A stretch of 64,000 nt of DNA from an uncultured delta proteobacterium. Lineage in GTDB: Bacteria > Desulfobacterota > Binatia > Binatales > Binataceae. Below are positions 30,224 to 40,792 of this stretch, in pieces (the first letter of the stretch is position 1; each line of letters starts with the position of its first letter). Location of the stretch: NCBI GenBank assembly GCA_963724765.1, contig CAVRVY010000002.1, positions 224,001-288,000 on the forward strand. The letters run 5' to 3'. The notes below the pieces were generated by a model that searched no databases, had not been told where the DNA came from, and saw only the letters and a list, made by a program, of their open reading frames with translations. The position numbers and the translations under genes are program-made.

Positions 30224-30464
30224 GAGCGTTTTCCTTGTGTCGCGCGAGACTTCTTTGATCGGCAGTCTTGCCCGATCGGCCGCCCAAGACAAGTCTGCCA
30301 ATCAACATATATACAGTTAAACAAAGCCTCCGCTTAGGGCGCGCCACCTCGAACGGCGGCGCATCCGGCGCCCATCAGGCTGGCGTCGCCCGCCCTTGCG
30401 TGGCACCCTGTTCGATCATGAATCGCGCGTCCGTTTGCCCTTTGCAGGCCGGGGTTGCAGCACG

Positions 30465-31097
30465 ATGATCGATCGGCTGATGACCTCGGTCTCTCTGTTC
30501 ATTGTCGCGACCATCTCCGCGCTCGGCTATGGCGGAGTCATGCTGCTGATGGCGATTGAGAGCGCCTGCGTGCCGCTGCCCTCGGAAGTCACGATGCCGT
30601 TTTCGGGCTACTTGGTGTCGACCGGGCGCTTCGATCTCAACCTGGTGGCGATCGCCGGGGCGGTTGGATGCCTGCTTGGATCGTACGTCGCCTATTTCAT
30701 CGGCGCGAGCGGCGGACGCCGCGTGCTCTTGAAATATGGGCGCTATATTTTGATCGCGCCGCACGAAATTGAACTCGCCGATCGTTTTTTCGACCGCTGG
30801 GGCGCCCACGCGGTCTTCTTCAGCCGTCTGCTGCCGGTGGTCCGCACCTTTATCGCGCTGCCCGCGGGAGTGGCGCGGATGCGTCTGGTGCCCTTTACGA
30901 TCTATACGCTGCTCGGCTCATACATCTGGTGTTTGGGGCTCGCGTGGGCCGGGATGAAGCTCGGACAGCAGTGGAGCCATCTCGGCCCGTACTTTCATCG
31001 CTTCGACGGCGCGATCGCCGTGCTGCTGGTCGTGGGCGCCGCCGCGATACTGTACAATCGAGTCAAAGAAATCGCTTCCGCGCCCGCACCCGACTGA
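30465..31097 (+). CDS. dedA: DedA-family membrane protein
   Basis: IESACVPLPSE, RLLPVVRTFIALPAG. Confidence 0.92.
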   Translation: MIDRLMTSVSLFIVATISALGYGGVMLLMAIESACVPLPSEVTMPFSGYLVSTGRFDLNLVAIAGAVGCLLGSYVAYFIGASGGRRVLLKYGRYILIAPHEIELADRFFDRWGAHAVFFSRLLPVVRTFIALPAGVARMRLVPFTIYTLLGSYIWCLGLAWAGMKLGQQWSHLGPYFHRFDGAIAVLLVVGAAAILYNRVKEIASAPAPD

Positions 31098-31156
31098 CGA
31101 TTTGGTCCAGCCGGCGTGGGCCGGCGCAATTGCGGATCTTAAAGGACGCCCTCACG

Positions 31157-31393
31157 ATGGCAGACCAGCTTAATCCCGACGACCTGACCGAAGTTTTTGC
31201 CAGCATCGATTCGACGCAGGTTCAGATGGCGCACGACCTGCTCGACGGCAGCGGAATCGAAACCTTCATCTTCGACGACGACTCCTCGCGGATGCTCGGC
31301 AGCACCGGAGCGGTCCCGGCGCGCCTGATGGTGCATTCGGCCGACGCCGACGAAGCCCGCTCGCGGCTCAAGGAACTCGGCTTCGGGGAATAG
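31157..31393 (+). CDS. DUF2007-like small protein
   Basis: A..LLDGSGIETF..D....RLMVH..DADEAR..L pattern. Confidence 0.7.
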   Translation: MADQLNPDDLTEVFASIDSTQVQMAHDLLDGSGIETFIFDDDSSRMLGSTGAVPARLMVHSADADEARSRLKELGFGE

Positions 31394-31479
31394 CTGTCGA
31401 AGAGAGAAATCATTAGTGGTGCGGTACCTGCCAGAGTTGACCCGCTGCTTGTCGGGATCCTAACGGCCGGCGGAGAATT

Positions 31480-32142
31480 TTAGCTCGCGATCACATCCGC
31501 GAAACCGCGTAGCGCGGCTGCGATGAACGCGCGCACGCGCGCCGGATCCTTCTTCCCGCGATTTCCCGGCACGTCCGTATGGGTGAATGAATCGACGCCC
31601 CACGGGCGCACGGCGGCAATCGCCTGCGCCACGTTGTCCGCCGAGAGCCCGCCGGCGAGAATCACCGGGATGCGCGAGCGCTCGACGACTGCGCGGCTGA
31701 CCGACCAGTCGTGCGTTTCGCCGGCTGCGCCCTTCGCGCCCGAGTCGAGCATCAGGTAGTCGGCGGCCTCCTGATGGGCCTCGGCCTCGGCAATCGTTTC
31801 GCCGGCGCGCACCGCGATCGCGCGAAGCAGCCTGACCGGGGCGACTCGCTTGCGAATCCATGCGCAGTCCTCGGGTTCGATCTCGCGCGCGGCGATATGC
31901 ACGATATCCGGCCGCACCGCGTCGACCATCGCGCAAATTTCGTCGCGATCGTCCGCGAGCGAGAGCGCCACGCCACGGGCGCGCGGCCGCACCGCAGCCA
32001 GAATGCCGCGCGCCGCAGCGGCCTCGATTCCCTCGGCGACCACTCCAGGTTCGGCCACCACCACGCCGACCAGGTCGGCGCCGGCCTCTGCAGTCGCTAT
32101 CGCGTCGGCGATCGAGGTCATGCTGTAAATTTGAATGATCAT
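31480..32142 (-). CDS. trpF: Phosphoribosylanthranilate isomerase-like
   Basis: GADLVG, LMLDS, G..GETHDW, PVILAGGL..DNV and PWGVDS...KD. Confidence 0.85.
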   Translation of the reverse strand: MIIQIYSMTSIADAIATAEAGADLVGVVVAEPGVVAEGIEAAAARGILAAVRPRARGVALSLADDRDEICAMVDAVRPDIVHIAAREIEPEDCAWIRKRVAPVRLLRAIAVRAGETIAEAEAHQEAADYLMLDSGAKGAAGETHDWSVSRAVVERSRIPVILAGGLSADNVAQAIAAVRPWGVDSFTHTDVPGNRGKKDPARVRAFIAAALRGFADVIAS

Positions 32143-32171
32143 TTTTTCACCCGCCCTGGAAAAATCTCGCT

Positions 32172-33956
32172 CTACAGTGGACGGACGATCTGGCGCTCGA
32201 ACGCCTCGGCCATCGCGGCCAGCGTGTCGGCCTCCGCAGCCGTTTTGTCGTCGCGGATGCGCACGATGCGCGCAAAGCGCAGCGCCATACCGCTCTCGTA
32301 CTGCGGGCTGCGCTGAATATCGCTGTAGGCGACCTCGACCACGACTTCGGGCCGCACGAACACGGTGGCGCGCGTCTCGTCGGCCTTGAGCGCGAGCAAC
32401 CGCGCCGTCATCTGCTCGAATTGATCGTCGGTCAGCCCCTTGAAAGTCTTGCCGACCTCGACGAAGCCGCCGCGTTCCGGATCGCGCGCCGCCAGATGAT
32501 AGTTCGAGAGCCATCCGTGGCGCCGCCCATAGCCCCAGTCGGCGGCGATGATCACGAGGTCGAGCGTGTGCGCGTGTTTGACTTTGAGCCATCCTCGGCC
32601 GCGTACGCCGGGCGTGTAGCGGCTCGCGAGCGCCTTGGCCATCACGCCCTCATAACCCGCGGCGACCGCGGCCGCATAGAAGCGCTCGGCCTCTTCCAGA
32701 GCGGCCGGCACGATTCGGTCGGCGAGCCCCAGGCCGGCGTCGCCGGCGAGCCGGGCTAGTTCGCCGTAGCGCTCCTGGTATGGCCGATCGATCCACAGAT
32801 TACCATCGAGCGCGAGCAGATCGAACACGAATAGCCGTACCGGCTGCTCGACGCGCAGTCGCTCGACTTCGCGCACGCGCCCGAACCGTCGCATCACCTC
32901 CTGGAAGGCGAGCGGCCGGCCGGCCGGGTCGACGGCGATCACTTCGCCGTCGAGGATGGCGTGGCGGTCGCCGATGCGCGATGCTGCCTCGGCGACCTCG
33001 GGCAGGCTGGGCGTGATCTCGTTTAAGCGGCGCGAGAAGATTCGCACGCCGCCGGGCGCGTGATGGATTTGCACGCGCGCGCCGTCGATCTTGTGCTCGA
33101 GAGCGAAGCGCGGGCCGAGAATCGCGAAGGCGTCGGCGACCGCGCGCGCCGGCTGCGCAAGCATCGGGCGCAGCGCGCGCGCGTGCGCGACGCTGTTGGC
33201 GGCGGCGGGCGCGAATGCGCGCGCCGCCGCCAACGCTTCGTCAGCCGCGCGATCGCCGGGGCGGGCGGCTTCGCCGTCCGCCCCGGCGACGCTTTCCGCT
33301 GCGGCGCCGGCCTTTGCCCCGGCGCCGCGCGCGGCGACGTTGGGCGGCTGGCGCAGTCCCTGCGCCAGCCGCCCAACGTCGCCCTCCAGCATGTGCATCC
33401 GGCGCACTTCGTCCACCGGACGCCCGCCCATCCTGGCCAGCGCTTCCAGCATCAGGCCCTCGCTCATCCCGTGGCGCATCTCGCCGATCAGCACCTTGGC
33501 CGCGTACTTCGCCTCAAGCGGGGTCATCCGCGCGAACAGATCGCTGAGCCCCTCGAGCTTGCGCCGCCGCGCGCCGCGTCCCTCGACGTCCGCGATCTCC
33601 TCGAAGGCGCGGCTGACCTCGGCGAGCGTGAGCGTCGGCGCGGGCTCGTCGCGCCGCAGCCGCATCACCATCTCGATCGCTTCGCCGAAGTCGGAGGCGG
33701 CAGTGAAGATATCTTCGCCCTGGTCCTCGCCACCGCCGAGCGCGGCGGCGATTTTCCACACTGCGCGGCCGCTCACGTGCAGGCGCGGTTCGCCGCCCTG
33801 CTCGAGTGCGCGGCCGACCATGAAGCGCGCGGCGATTGCGGCCTCCGCGGGCGCGAGGCGGGCGAGAAAGTCGGCGGCGAGCGCGGCTATCTGGAGGCGG
33901 CTATGGGTCTGGCTGAGCGACTGGCAGACCTCGGCGAAATCGAAGAAGGAACCCAC
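32172..33956 (-). CDS. lig: ATP-dependent DNA ligase (archaeal/LigB type)
   Basis: RPMLAQ, EHKIDGARVQ, LDGEV, FDLL, EGVMAK, WLKVK and ALRFAR motifs. Confidence 0.93.
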   Translation of the reverse strand: MGSFFDFAEVCQSLSQTHSRLQIAALAADFLARLAPAEAAIAARFMVGRALEQGGEPRLHVSGRAVWKIAAALGGGEDQGEDIFTAASDFGEAIEMVMRLRRDEPAPTLTLAEVSRAFEEIADVEGRGARRRKLEGLSDLFARMTPLEAKYAAKVLIGEMRHGMSEGLMLEALARMGGRPVDEVRRMHMLEGDVGRLAQGLRQPPNVAARGAGAKAGAAAESVAGADGEAARPGDRAADEALAAARAFAPAAANSVAHARALRPMLAQPARAVADAFAILGPRFALEHKIDGARVQIHHAPGGVRIFSRRLNEITPSLPEVAEAASRIGDRHAILDGEVIAVDPAGRPLAFQEVMRRFGRVREVERLRVEQPVRLFVFDLLALDGNLWIDRPYQERYGELARLAGDAGLGLADRIVPAALEEAERFYAAAVAAGYEGVMAKALASRYTPGVRGRGWLKVKHAHTLDLVIIAADWGYGRRHGWLSNYHLAARDPERGGFVEVGKTFKGLTDDQFEQMTARLLALKADETRATVFVRPEVVVEVAYSDIQRSPQYESGMALRFARIVRIRDDKTAAEADTLAAMAEAFERQIVRPL

Positions 33957-34123
33957 GATTGCAGATTAGACTCGCCCACCCGCGCCCAGCGCAAGAGTCT
34001 TTTTCACTAACACTCGCTCCGCCGCTCCGAGGTCGCGGCTGGCTGCGTTGGAGTGGCGTCATCGCTGTGGCCTTGCGTTACTGTTGGCGAGGCCTCAAGC
34101 GACAGGCTGGTGGCAGCTTCATG

Positions 34124-34945
34124 CTACTCCCGCGGGTGCATCGGATGCGCTTCAAGAAAGGGCAGCAGCGCGGCCACGAACGCCTCGCGTTCCTGGTTGA
34201 AGAACATATGGCTCGCGTTGGGGACGAGCTTGAGCTGCGCGCCGGGGATGCGCTCGGCGATGATCTCGGAGTTGCGCGCCGGCAACAGGGCGTCGTCGGC
34301 GCCGGTGATGACGAGCGTCGGCGCCTTGATTTCCGGCAGGCGATCGTAGGTGTTGAACTTGAAGGTCGCGGCGAGCTGGCGCTTGTAAGCGTGGGCCGGC
34401 GTGGGATGGGTGAGCACGCGGACGATCGCCTGCTCGAGTTCGGCGCGATGGCTTTGGAGGTAGGCCGCGGTGTAGTTGAGCGGCCACGCGCGGCGGATGA
34501 GGTCGGCGTCGGAGAGGCCGTCGCGCGGCCCGATCAGGATCGCCATCGCCGCGGGCGGCGCCGCCACCGCATTCCGTCCGCCCGCCGTGGTGCATCCGAG
34601 CGTCAGCGTCTGCACGCGCGCCGGATAGTGCAGCGCGAACTCCTGCGCGATCATCCCGCCCATCGAAACGCCGAAGATGTGGGCGCGTTCGATGCCGAGC
34701 GCGTCGAGCAGCGCGGCGGCGTCGGCGGCGAGGCCGTCGATCGAGTACACCTCGTCCGGCTGGTCGCTGCGCCCGGTCCCGCGATTATCGTACACGATGG
34801 TGCGCAACGATCGCGCAAGCCCGGCCACCAGCGCCGGCTCCCACGCCAGCGCGCTGCCGCCGAGCCCCATGATCATCAGCAGCGGATCGCCGTCGCCGTG
34901 GCTTTCATAATAGAGGTTGACGTCGCGGAGGCTGACGGTGGGCAT
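34124..34945 (-). CDS. Alpha/beta hydrolase
   Basis: YDNRGTGRS, GVSMGG nucleophile elbow, ITGADD and C-terminal His. Confidence 0.92.
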   Translation of the reverse strand: MPTVSLRDVNLYYESHGDGDPLLMIMGLGGSALAWEPALVAGLARSLRTIVYDNRGTGRSDQPDEVYSIDGLAADAAALLDALGIERAHIFGVSMGGMIAQEFALHYPARVQTLTLGCTTAGGRNAVAAPPAAMAILIGPRDGLSDADLIRRAWPLNYTAAYLQSHRAELEQAIVRVLTHPTPAHAYKRQLAATFKFNTYDRLPEIKAPTLVITGADDALLPARNSEIIAERIPGAQLKLVPNASHMFFNQEREAFVAALLPFLEAHPMHPRE

Positions 34946-34968
34946 CGCTTTCTCTCGCTTGCGCGCGC

Positions 34969-36285
34969 TCAGGCCGTAGCGGTACGGGCCGGCGCCGGCG
35001 CGGTGACCGGCGCGCTCTCGGCCTCGGGTTTGCGAAAGCGCATGATCAACTCGCTCTTGAGGATGTAGGCGGTCTCTTCATAGATGAAGCCGTGGCGCTC
35101 GAGGATCTCGGCCAGGCGCACGCGGGTATAGTGCGTGATGTGCTCGTCCTTGTAGCCGCCGGGCTGCAGCAGGCCGTAGAGCGGCTCGATCGTGCGCCAT
35201 CCGACGGTGTCGTAGTCGGGCGTGCCGATCACCAGCATCCCGCCTGGCCGCAGCACGCGCTTCATCTCGGTGAACAGCACTTCGTCGTACGGTATGTGCT
35301 CGATCACCTGCGAGCTGATCACACAATCGAAGCTCTGGTCGCGAAACGGCAGCGCGAAAGCCGACCCGCGCACCAGTGGAATCCCGTAGCGCCGCAGAAA
35401 CCTCACCTTGTGCGCGCTGTAGTCCATCCCGACCGCGTTGTTGAGGCTCTGGATGATGATGCTCGAGCCGCAGCCAGCGTCCAGGATGCGCCCGGCGTTG
35501 CGCGTCCACGAGACCGTGATCGCGTGGCGGCGGCGCTGCCAGTAGCGCTGCAGCGGGATGACGCTGTAGAACGCGCGCTCGTCGTAGTCGGCCGACGCGA
35601 TCGAGTTGCGCAGCCGCCACAGGCTTATCGACGCGCGCAGGATGTCGATCCCGAAGCGCAGCATCCGTGCGTGCGAGCGCCCGGCCTCGCGCGGGAAATA
35701 AGTGAAGGGAACTTCGGCCACGCTAAAGCCCTGGGCCCAGGACTTGACCAGGATTTCCTCCTGGACTTCGAAGTTGCGGCTGGTGAGTTCGAGATTTTCG
35801 ACCGCCGCGCGCCGGTAGAGCCGAAAGCCGCTGGACAGATCGCCGATCGGCACGCTCAGCAGCCGGCGCAGAAACCCATTGAGTACGTAACTCGAAAAGC
35901 GCCGGCTGAGATCGGTGTAGGCGACCCCGCCGCGGACGTAGCGCGAGGCGATTACGATGTCGGCGCGCTCGCGCGCCCGCCACATCTTGGCCACGAAGGC
36001 CGGGTCGTGCGACATGTCGGCGTCCAGCGTCAACAGATACTCGCCGCGCGCTTCGGCGAAACCGGTGGTCAGCGCCCCGGCGTAGCCGCGCCGCCGTTCG
36101 GGCACCACGCGCGCGCCCAACTCGGCGGCGGTCTCGCGAGTGCCGTCGATCGAGCCGCCGTCGACGACGATGATTTCGTACTTGAGATGAAACAGTTCGG
36201 CGATTTCGCCCAGGCGGGGAATCAGCGCGCGCAGGTTATCGCGCTCGTTCATCACCGGCAGAATCACCGATAGATCGATAGCCAT
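34969..36285 (-). CDS. GT2 (DPM1-like) glycosyltransferase fused to SAM methyltransferase
   Basis: VVDGGSIDGT, LDADMSHDP and DLSSGFRLY, then ILDAGCG, FDCVISSQVIEH and RVLRPGG. Confidence 0.9.
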   Translation of the reverse strand: MAIDLSVILPVMNERDNLRALIPRLGEIAELFHLKYEIIVVDGGSIDGTRETAAELGARVVPERRRGYAGALTTGFAEARGEYLLTLDADMSHDPAFVAKMWRARERADIVIASRYVRGGVAYTDLSRRFSSYVLNGFLRRLLSVPIGDLSSGFRLYRRAAVENLELTSRNFEVQEEILVKSWAQGFSVAEVPFTYFPREAGRSHARMLRFGIDILRASISLWRLRNSIASADYDERAFYSVIPLQRYWQRRRHAITVSWTRNAGRILDAGCGSSIIIQSLNNAVGMDYSAHKVRFLRRYGIPLVRGSAFALPFRDQSFDCVISSQVIEHIPYDEVLFTEMKRVLRPGGMLVIGTPDYDTVGWRTIEPLYGLLQPGGYKDEHITHYTRVRLAEILERHGFIYEETAYILKSELIMRFRKPEAESAPVTAPAPARTATA

Positions 36286-36410
36286 GGCACAATCCAATAG
36301 TCGGAATCGGTGGCGAATGGAACCATCCACCGCCAGCGAAAAGCGCCGTTTGCCTTGATTATCAAGCGCGTCACGCCGTAGTTTTAAGTACGCGGAGGCG
36401 GCGGCAGTCG

Positions 36411-37658
36411 ATGGACGTGCGGGGTAATTTTCGATTCAGCTTAGCGATCGTTGCGATGGTGATGGCGGCGGCGATGCTCGCGCTTGGTGCATCGCCAGCG
36501 GCCGCGGCGGCGCGGCGCGCCCGGCATGCGGCGGCTGCGGAGCCCTCGGTACCGCTCGATCAGATCCACGTGCTCGGCGATCGGCCGGCGCCATTCGGGC
36601 TAAACGCCAAGGCCGCGATGATGATCGACGCGCGCTCGGGCGCGACCCTCTACGCCTACAACGAGCACGTCAAGATCCAGCCCGCCAGCCTGGCCAAGCT
36701 GATGACCTTCTACCTGACGCTCAAGGCCTTGCATCAGGGGCGCATCACGACCGACACGATGGTGACGGTGAGCGAGCAGGCGTGGCGGCTCTCGATGAAC
36801 AGCACGGTGTCGCGGATGTTCCTGCAGGTCGGACAGCACGTCTCGGTTCACGATCTGCTGTTCGGCCTGATGGTCTCGTCGGGCAACGACGCCGCGGTCG
36901 CGCTGGCCGAATACCTGGGCGGCTCGAGCCAGGCGTTCGCCGATCAGATGAATCAGCAGGCCAAGGAATTGGGGCTTGACGAGACGCACTTCGAGAATCC
37001 CGACGGCCTGCCGGTGCCCGAGATGTACACCACCGCGTTCGACATGGTGAAACTCGGCCGCGCGATCACCCAGCGCTTTCCCGACGCTATCACCTACACC
37101 TCGGCCAAGGATTTCACCTTCGACAAGATCCATCAGCCCAATTTCAACTCGCTGCTGTTCTACGACGCGCGGGTCAACGGGCTTAAGACTGGCCACGTCG
37201 AGGAGGCCGGCTACCATCTGGTCGCCAGCGCCCACTCGGGTGGGATGGACCTGATCTCGGCCGTGCTCGGGACGCCGTCGTCCGCGGCCCGGCGGGTCGA
37301 GACCGAGAAGCTGATCGATTGGGCCTTCCGCACTTTCGCGAGCGTGCAGCCTGACTGGCATAAGACGCTGCCCGACAAGATGCGCGTGTACGGCGGCGCC
37401 GCCGACACGGTCGCGGTGGCGCCGGCCGAGGTCCCGTTCGTCACCGTCGAGCACGGGCAGGAGGGCAAGGTGACGCTCGCAGGGTCGCTCAGCGAGAAAT
37501 ATCTTGTCGCGCCGGTAAGCAAGGGACAGCAGGTGGGGACGCTGACACTGATGGTGGACGGCAAGCCGCAGTCGACGATTCCGATGCTGACGAAGACGGC
37601 GGTCGGAAGCGGCGGATTGCTCAAGCGGATGGTCGATCGATTGCGGATGCGGTTGTAG
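36411..37658 (+). CDS. dacA: D-alanyl-D-alanine carboxypeptidase (PBP5-like, S11)
   Basis: ASLAK (SxxK), SGNDA (SxN), GLKTGH (KTG); signal peptide. Confidence 0.9.
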   Translation: MDVRGNFRFSLAIVAMVMAAAMLALGASPAAAAARRARHAAAAEPSVPLDQIHVLGDRPAPFGLNAKAAMMIDARSGATLYAYNEHVKIQPASLAKLMTFYLTLKALHQGRITTDTMVTVSEQAWRLSMNSTVSRMFLQVGQHVSVHDLLFGLMVSSGNDAAVALAEYLGGSSQAFADQMNQQAKELGLDETHFENPDGLPVPEMYTTAFDMVKLGRAITQRFPDAITYTSAKDFTFDKIHQPNFNSLLFYDARVNGLKTGHVEEAGYHLVASAHSGGMDLISAVLGTPSSAARRVETEKLIDWAFRTFASVQPDWHKTLPDKMRVYGGAADTVAVAPAEVPFVTVEHGQEGKVTLAGSLSEKYLVAPVSKGQQVGTLTLMVDGKPQSTIPMLTKTAVGSGGLLKRMVDRLRMRL

Positions 37659-37808
37659 GAGAGGAGCGGCGCCACGCTCCTGATTTGCGGGAGCGAGGTT
37701 GTTTCTTCGCTCATCCTGAGAGTTTGTGAATTTGGCGATTATCCGATTGTTGACAGAAAGTACGATTACGTCCAAAATCGGGATCGACGTGACAGACCGC
37801 AAGTATTC

Positions 37809-38585
37809 CTAATTCTGTATGTAGTATTTCTGATACTCGTCGGTCAGATTGTGGGCGGTACAGGAACCAGCGCGGTAAGTGCGATTAGCTACAAAACCTT
37901 GCCAGCCGCAAAAGCTTACCCAATGAGACTGCTTGAACACGTCATAATACACAGCGATGCCGTGGACCATAAGCCACGCTTTGCCAGAGTCGAGAGAATC
38001 CTTTTGGACTTTTGTCAGTGGGGCGACGCTAGTTACCTCCATCGGATATGCGACGGCATTGGGCGTTACCTCACCCGCAAAAACTCTGGACACATTAGGC
38101 ATTCCCAACTCAGGATCGTCGAGTTTGAGCTTAAACGCTGGAGTGTCGTTTTCTTTGACTACATCAATAGTGGCTCTACAGGTCACAAAAAATGCTGGCG
38201 TCTTTCCGGTATTGGCAATCTTTACTTGAGCCGACATCTGCTTTCCGATGATGAGGTCTTTTTGGCTTACGCTGGTAAGAGTTGTGGTCAACCAGGCTCT
38301 CTCATCTTGGCGCATAACATCCAACTGCCCGTTCAAGAGAATGAATTGATAAATGGCGGTGGCGAAGAGGCCAGCGGTAAAGAGGGCCAAAAGCCAATCA
38401 GTAGCGCTGCTTTGTTTGAAAAATTCCCACAATCTCACCCATTGGTTATCTGTGTCGTGAACATCGCTGTTGTGTGCCTCGGATTTGGCGTCGCCTTTTT
38501 TATCCGAGAGCAGAGTCTGGGCGGTATCATTTTGTGTCTCTTGTTTGCTGTTTGCTGCTTCGCGGTCGTCTTTGTCCTTGCTCAT
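37809..38585 (-). CDS. Single-TM protein with beta-rich domain (IS cargo)
   Basis: Charged N-terminus, TM DWLLALFTAGLFATAIYQF, ERAWL and NTGKTPA; similar architecture to 57518-58369. Confidence 0.72.
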   Translation of the reverse strand: MSKDKDDREAANSKQETQNDTAQTLLSDKKGDAKSEAHNSDVHDTDNQWVRLWEFFKQSSATDWLLALFTAGLFATAIYQFILLNGQLDVMRQDERAWLTTTLTSVSQKDLIIGKQMSAQVKIANTGKTPAFFVTCRATIDVVKENDTPAFKLKLDDPELGMPNVSRVFAGEVTPNAVAYPMEVTSVAPLTKVQKDSLDSGKAWLMVHGIAVYYDVFKQSHWVSFCGWQGFVANRTYRAGSCTAHNLTDEYQKYYIQN

Positions 38586-38736
38586 GTTTCTCTGGCTTCA
38601 CCTTTAGCAGTGCCTTGGCAATTTTCGATGCAAGCGAATGCGTCGTATGTTCATTCTTCTTGTCAGCCATGACATTGGCCTCACAGATTGAAAATGAAGT
38701 TGTTCCGGCCTACGCGCCGGTCCGCCGCTGGCCTCA

Positions 38737-39309
38737 TCAAGCCGCTGAGCACGACGCCAACTTTTCGTGCTCAGCGCCCTTACGGGAGATCGCGCCGATA
38801 ACTGCGGTTTTATCGGACGGGCCACGCCCGCGTTGCTCTTTGCGCTTGTTCCAGTGGCGATTGCGATTGAGGCCACCAACATAAGTTTCGTCCACTTCGA
38901 CAATGCCCATCAATTGCGCGAACTCATCGTTGTTCATCGCGGCGCGGATGCGAGTGCACATATACCAGACGGTTTCGTAGCTCGCCTTGCCGTGAAAGAC
39001 CATACGCTTGATCTGAAGCGCGCTCATTCCCTTTTTGGAATGGAGCATCATGAACGCGACTGTGAACCAAGTCTTGAGCGGGTACTTTGTATTCTCGAAA
39101 ACGGTTCCCGTAATCAGCGAGAACCGGTAGCCCTTCTTTGCGCATTGATGGCACTGCCAGTGCCAAGGCCGATGCGTCAGCTTGTAAACCTTGTCGCTGC
39201 CGCAACGCGGGCAAGCGACTTTGCTTTCCGGCCAGCGGTGCTCAAAAAGGAACTGTTTGCAGGCTTCTTCGGTCGGGAAAAGGACGTTGAGTTCGCTCAG
39301 CTTGATCAT
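38737..39309 (-). pseudogene. Truncated IS1595 transposase
   Basis: Zinc ribbon and VEVDETYVGG present, but similarity stops after IGAISRKG; the second D and the E region are missing. Confidence 0.88.
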
Positions 39310-39402
39310 CCATGAGAAATAACAATGCCAAGGGTCACTGTCGACAATCGGATAATCGCCAATTTGAGCCATGCGGGTCCGCTTCTTCGATAGAGCTCTT
39401 TT

Positions 39403-39463
39403 GTTCGGTCATCCTGAACGAAGGTTACCGAAGTGAATGATGACGCGGAGCGATTTTTGTGCT
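39403..39463 (+). repeat. REP-like repeat copy 1
   Basis: TTCGGTCATCCTGAACGAAGGTTACCGAAGTGAA..GACGCGGAGCGATTTTTGTGCT recurs at about 44434-44495. Confidence 0.75.
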
Positions 39464-39541
39464 TTTCGCCACCCGCAAATAATGCGCGTGAGGCCTTAGA
39501 AATAGAGCACAAATAATGCGCGCGAGGGTCGGGGGCCGTTC

Positions 39542-40792
39542 TCAGTAGGCGAAAAACGGCCCCACGCCGGCGCCGGAGGTGGTCTGTCCGTCGATTCCCG
39601 TGTAGACGTTGCGCCCGAAGAAAAACGGCAGACCGAAGTCGAAAAAGTCGCCGCCATAGGTTCCCGCCACGTCGTAGAAGGCCTTGTTGCCGGTGTCTGC
39701 CAGCGCAAGTGCGTTAGCCACGCTGATTGAAACTTCCCCGCTAGCGCTGCCCAGCCGGCCGCTGTTTATCGCGCCGAGGACCAAAAGCCTTGACGGGCAG
39801 TAGAAGCCTGGCGCCAGCGACGGATCGCATTGCGGGATCGATTCGTTGTCGAAGAACAGCGCGTTGGATCCGCTGTCGAGGAAACCATCCATCGTGACGC
39901 TGTCGTAGGTGGTGCCGATATTGCCGGCGTCATCGGTCTTGTAGACAAATGCTCCAGCCAGTTGGTTGTTGGCGCGCGTGTTGATCCCGAGCACGAGCTT
40001 GCCCGAGACCAGGGTCGTACCGAGAAACGGAATCGTCGGCAGCTCGAGTACTACACCGTTGTTGTCGCCGGCGAGCAGCGGCACCGGATTCTGCACCTGT
40101 TTGGCGTCCGCCACCGGGGTGACGCCGCATCCGGCCCCCGAACACTGAAAATACATCGAGGGGTTCTGCGGCCCCAGCGTCGCGCAGACATCGCCGCAAT
40201 CGGCGCCGAACGGTCCCACGCCCAGGATTCCGTTGTAACCGATTTGCGCCGGGCTTTTGGCCACCGGCGGACCAGTCCTGCACACCGACGGCATTATCCC
40301 GTAATTCGGATTGATGATCTGAATCGGCAGCTTCGAGATAGCCGGCTCGCCGCCCAACTTCACGTCGGCGTACGCAACCCGGCCCCAGGTCGAGAGCGTA
40401 CCGAACGGCGCGCACTCCACGACCGGATTGCCGTTGGACGCGGTCTCCGTCGCCAGTTTCAAATGATTTACCTGACTGAAAATTCTCAGCCCGAACGAGC
40501 CGGTATCGACGAGTATGCCGCTGATAGTCTCGCAGGAGGTAGTGCCGCTTTCACAAATCGTCACACTGGTGAATGGACCGTTGAAGTAATTCCCATACAT
40601 CCCGGCCCATACGTTGGCTTTCATCACGTTGGGTGCAGCCGTGGGCGCCGCCGCCGGCACTGGCGACACCGCCGTTGGCACCCTCATCGCCACGCTTTCG
40701 TCCGCCAGGCCTTGGAAAGGACCGCACGCGGCGAATATCGCCAGCACCGTCATCAGTGCGGCGGCCAACTTGTACCCCTTCAGGCGCATCAT
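39542..40792 (-). CDS. DUF3443-family secreted protein (pepsin-like motifs), copy 1
   Basis: LVDTGSFGLR, NGILGVG, QVQNPV, FLDSGSN and FDFGLPFFFGR. Confidence 0.85.
   Translation of the reverse strand: MMRLKGYKLAAALMTVLAIFAACGPFQGLADESVAMRVPTAVSPVPAAAPTAAPNVMKANVWAGMYGNYFNGPFTSVTICESGTTSCETISGILVDTGSFGLRIFSQVNHLKLATETASNGNPVVECAPFGTLSTWGRVAYADVKLGGEPAISKLPIQIINPNYGIMPSVCRTGPPVAKSPAQIGYNGILGVGPFGADCGDVCATLGPQNPSMYFQCSGAGCGVTPVADAKQVQNPVPLLAGDNNGVVLELPTIPFLGTTLVSGKLVLGINTRANNQLAGAFVYKTDDAGNIGTTYDSVTMDGFLDSGSNALFFDNESIPQCDPSLAPGFYCPSRLLVLGAINSGRLGSASGEVSISVANALALADTGNKAFYDVAGTYGGDFFDFGLPFFFGRNVYTGIDGQTTSGAGVGPFFAY

Larger units (their letters stand above)
37734..39360 (-). mobile_element. IS1595-family element 2, internally deleted, with passenger gene
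   Basis: TIRs GGCGATTATCCGATTGT(T/C)GACAG (22/23 identical); AATTT on both flanks. Confidence 0.88.

Noticed and set aside
32141-32152. ATTTTTTCACCC half-match to the late-promoter dyad
   Set aside because: Only a half site at the trpF start, without the TTATGC context.
26816-39360. Composite transposon that inserted the host block into the prophage
   Set aside because: Elements 1 and 2 have different TIRs and each has its own flanking duplication; the host block also extends 8 kb beyond element 2.
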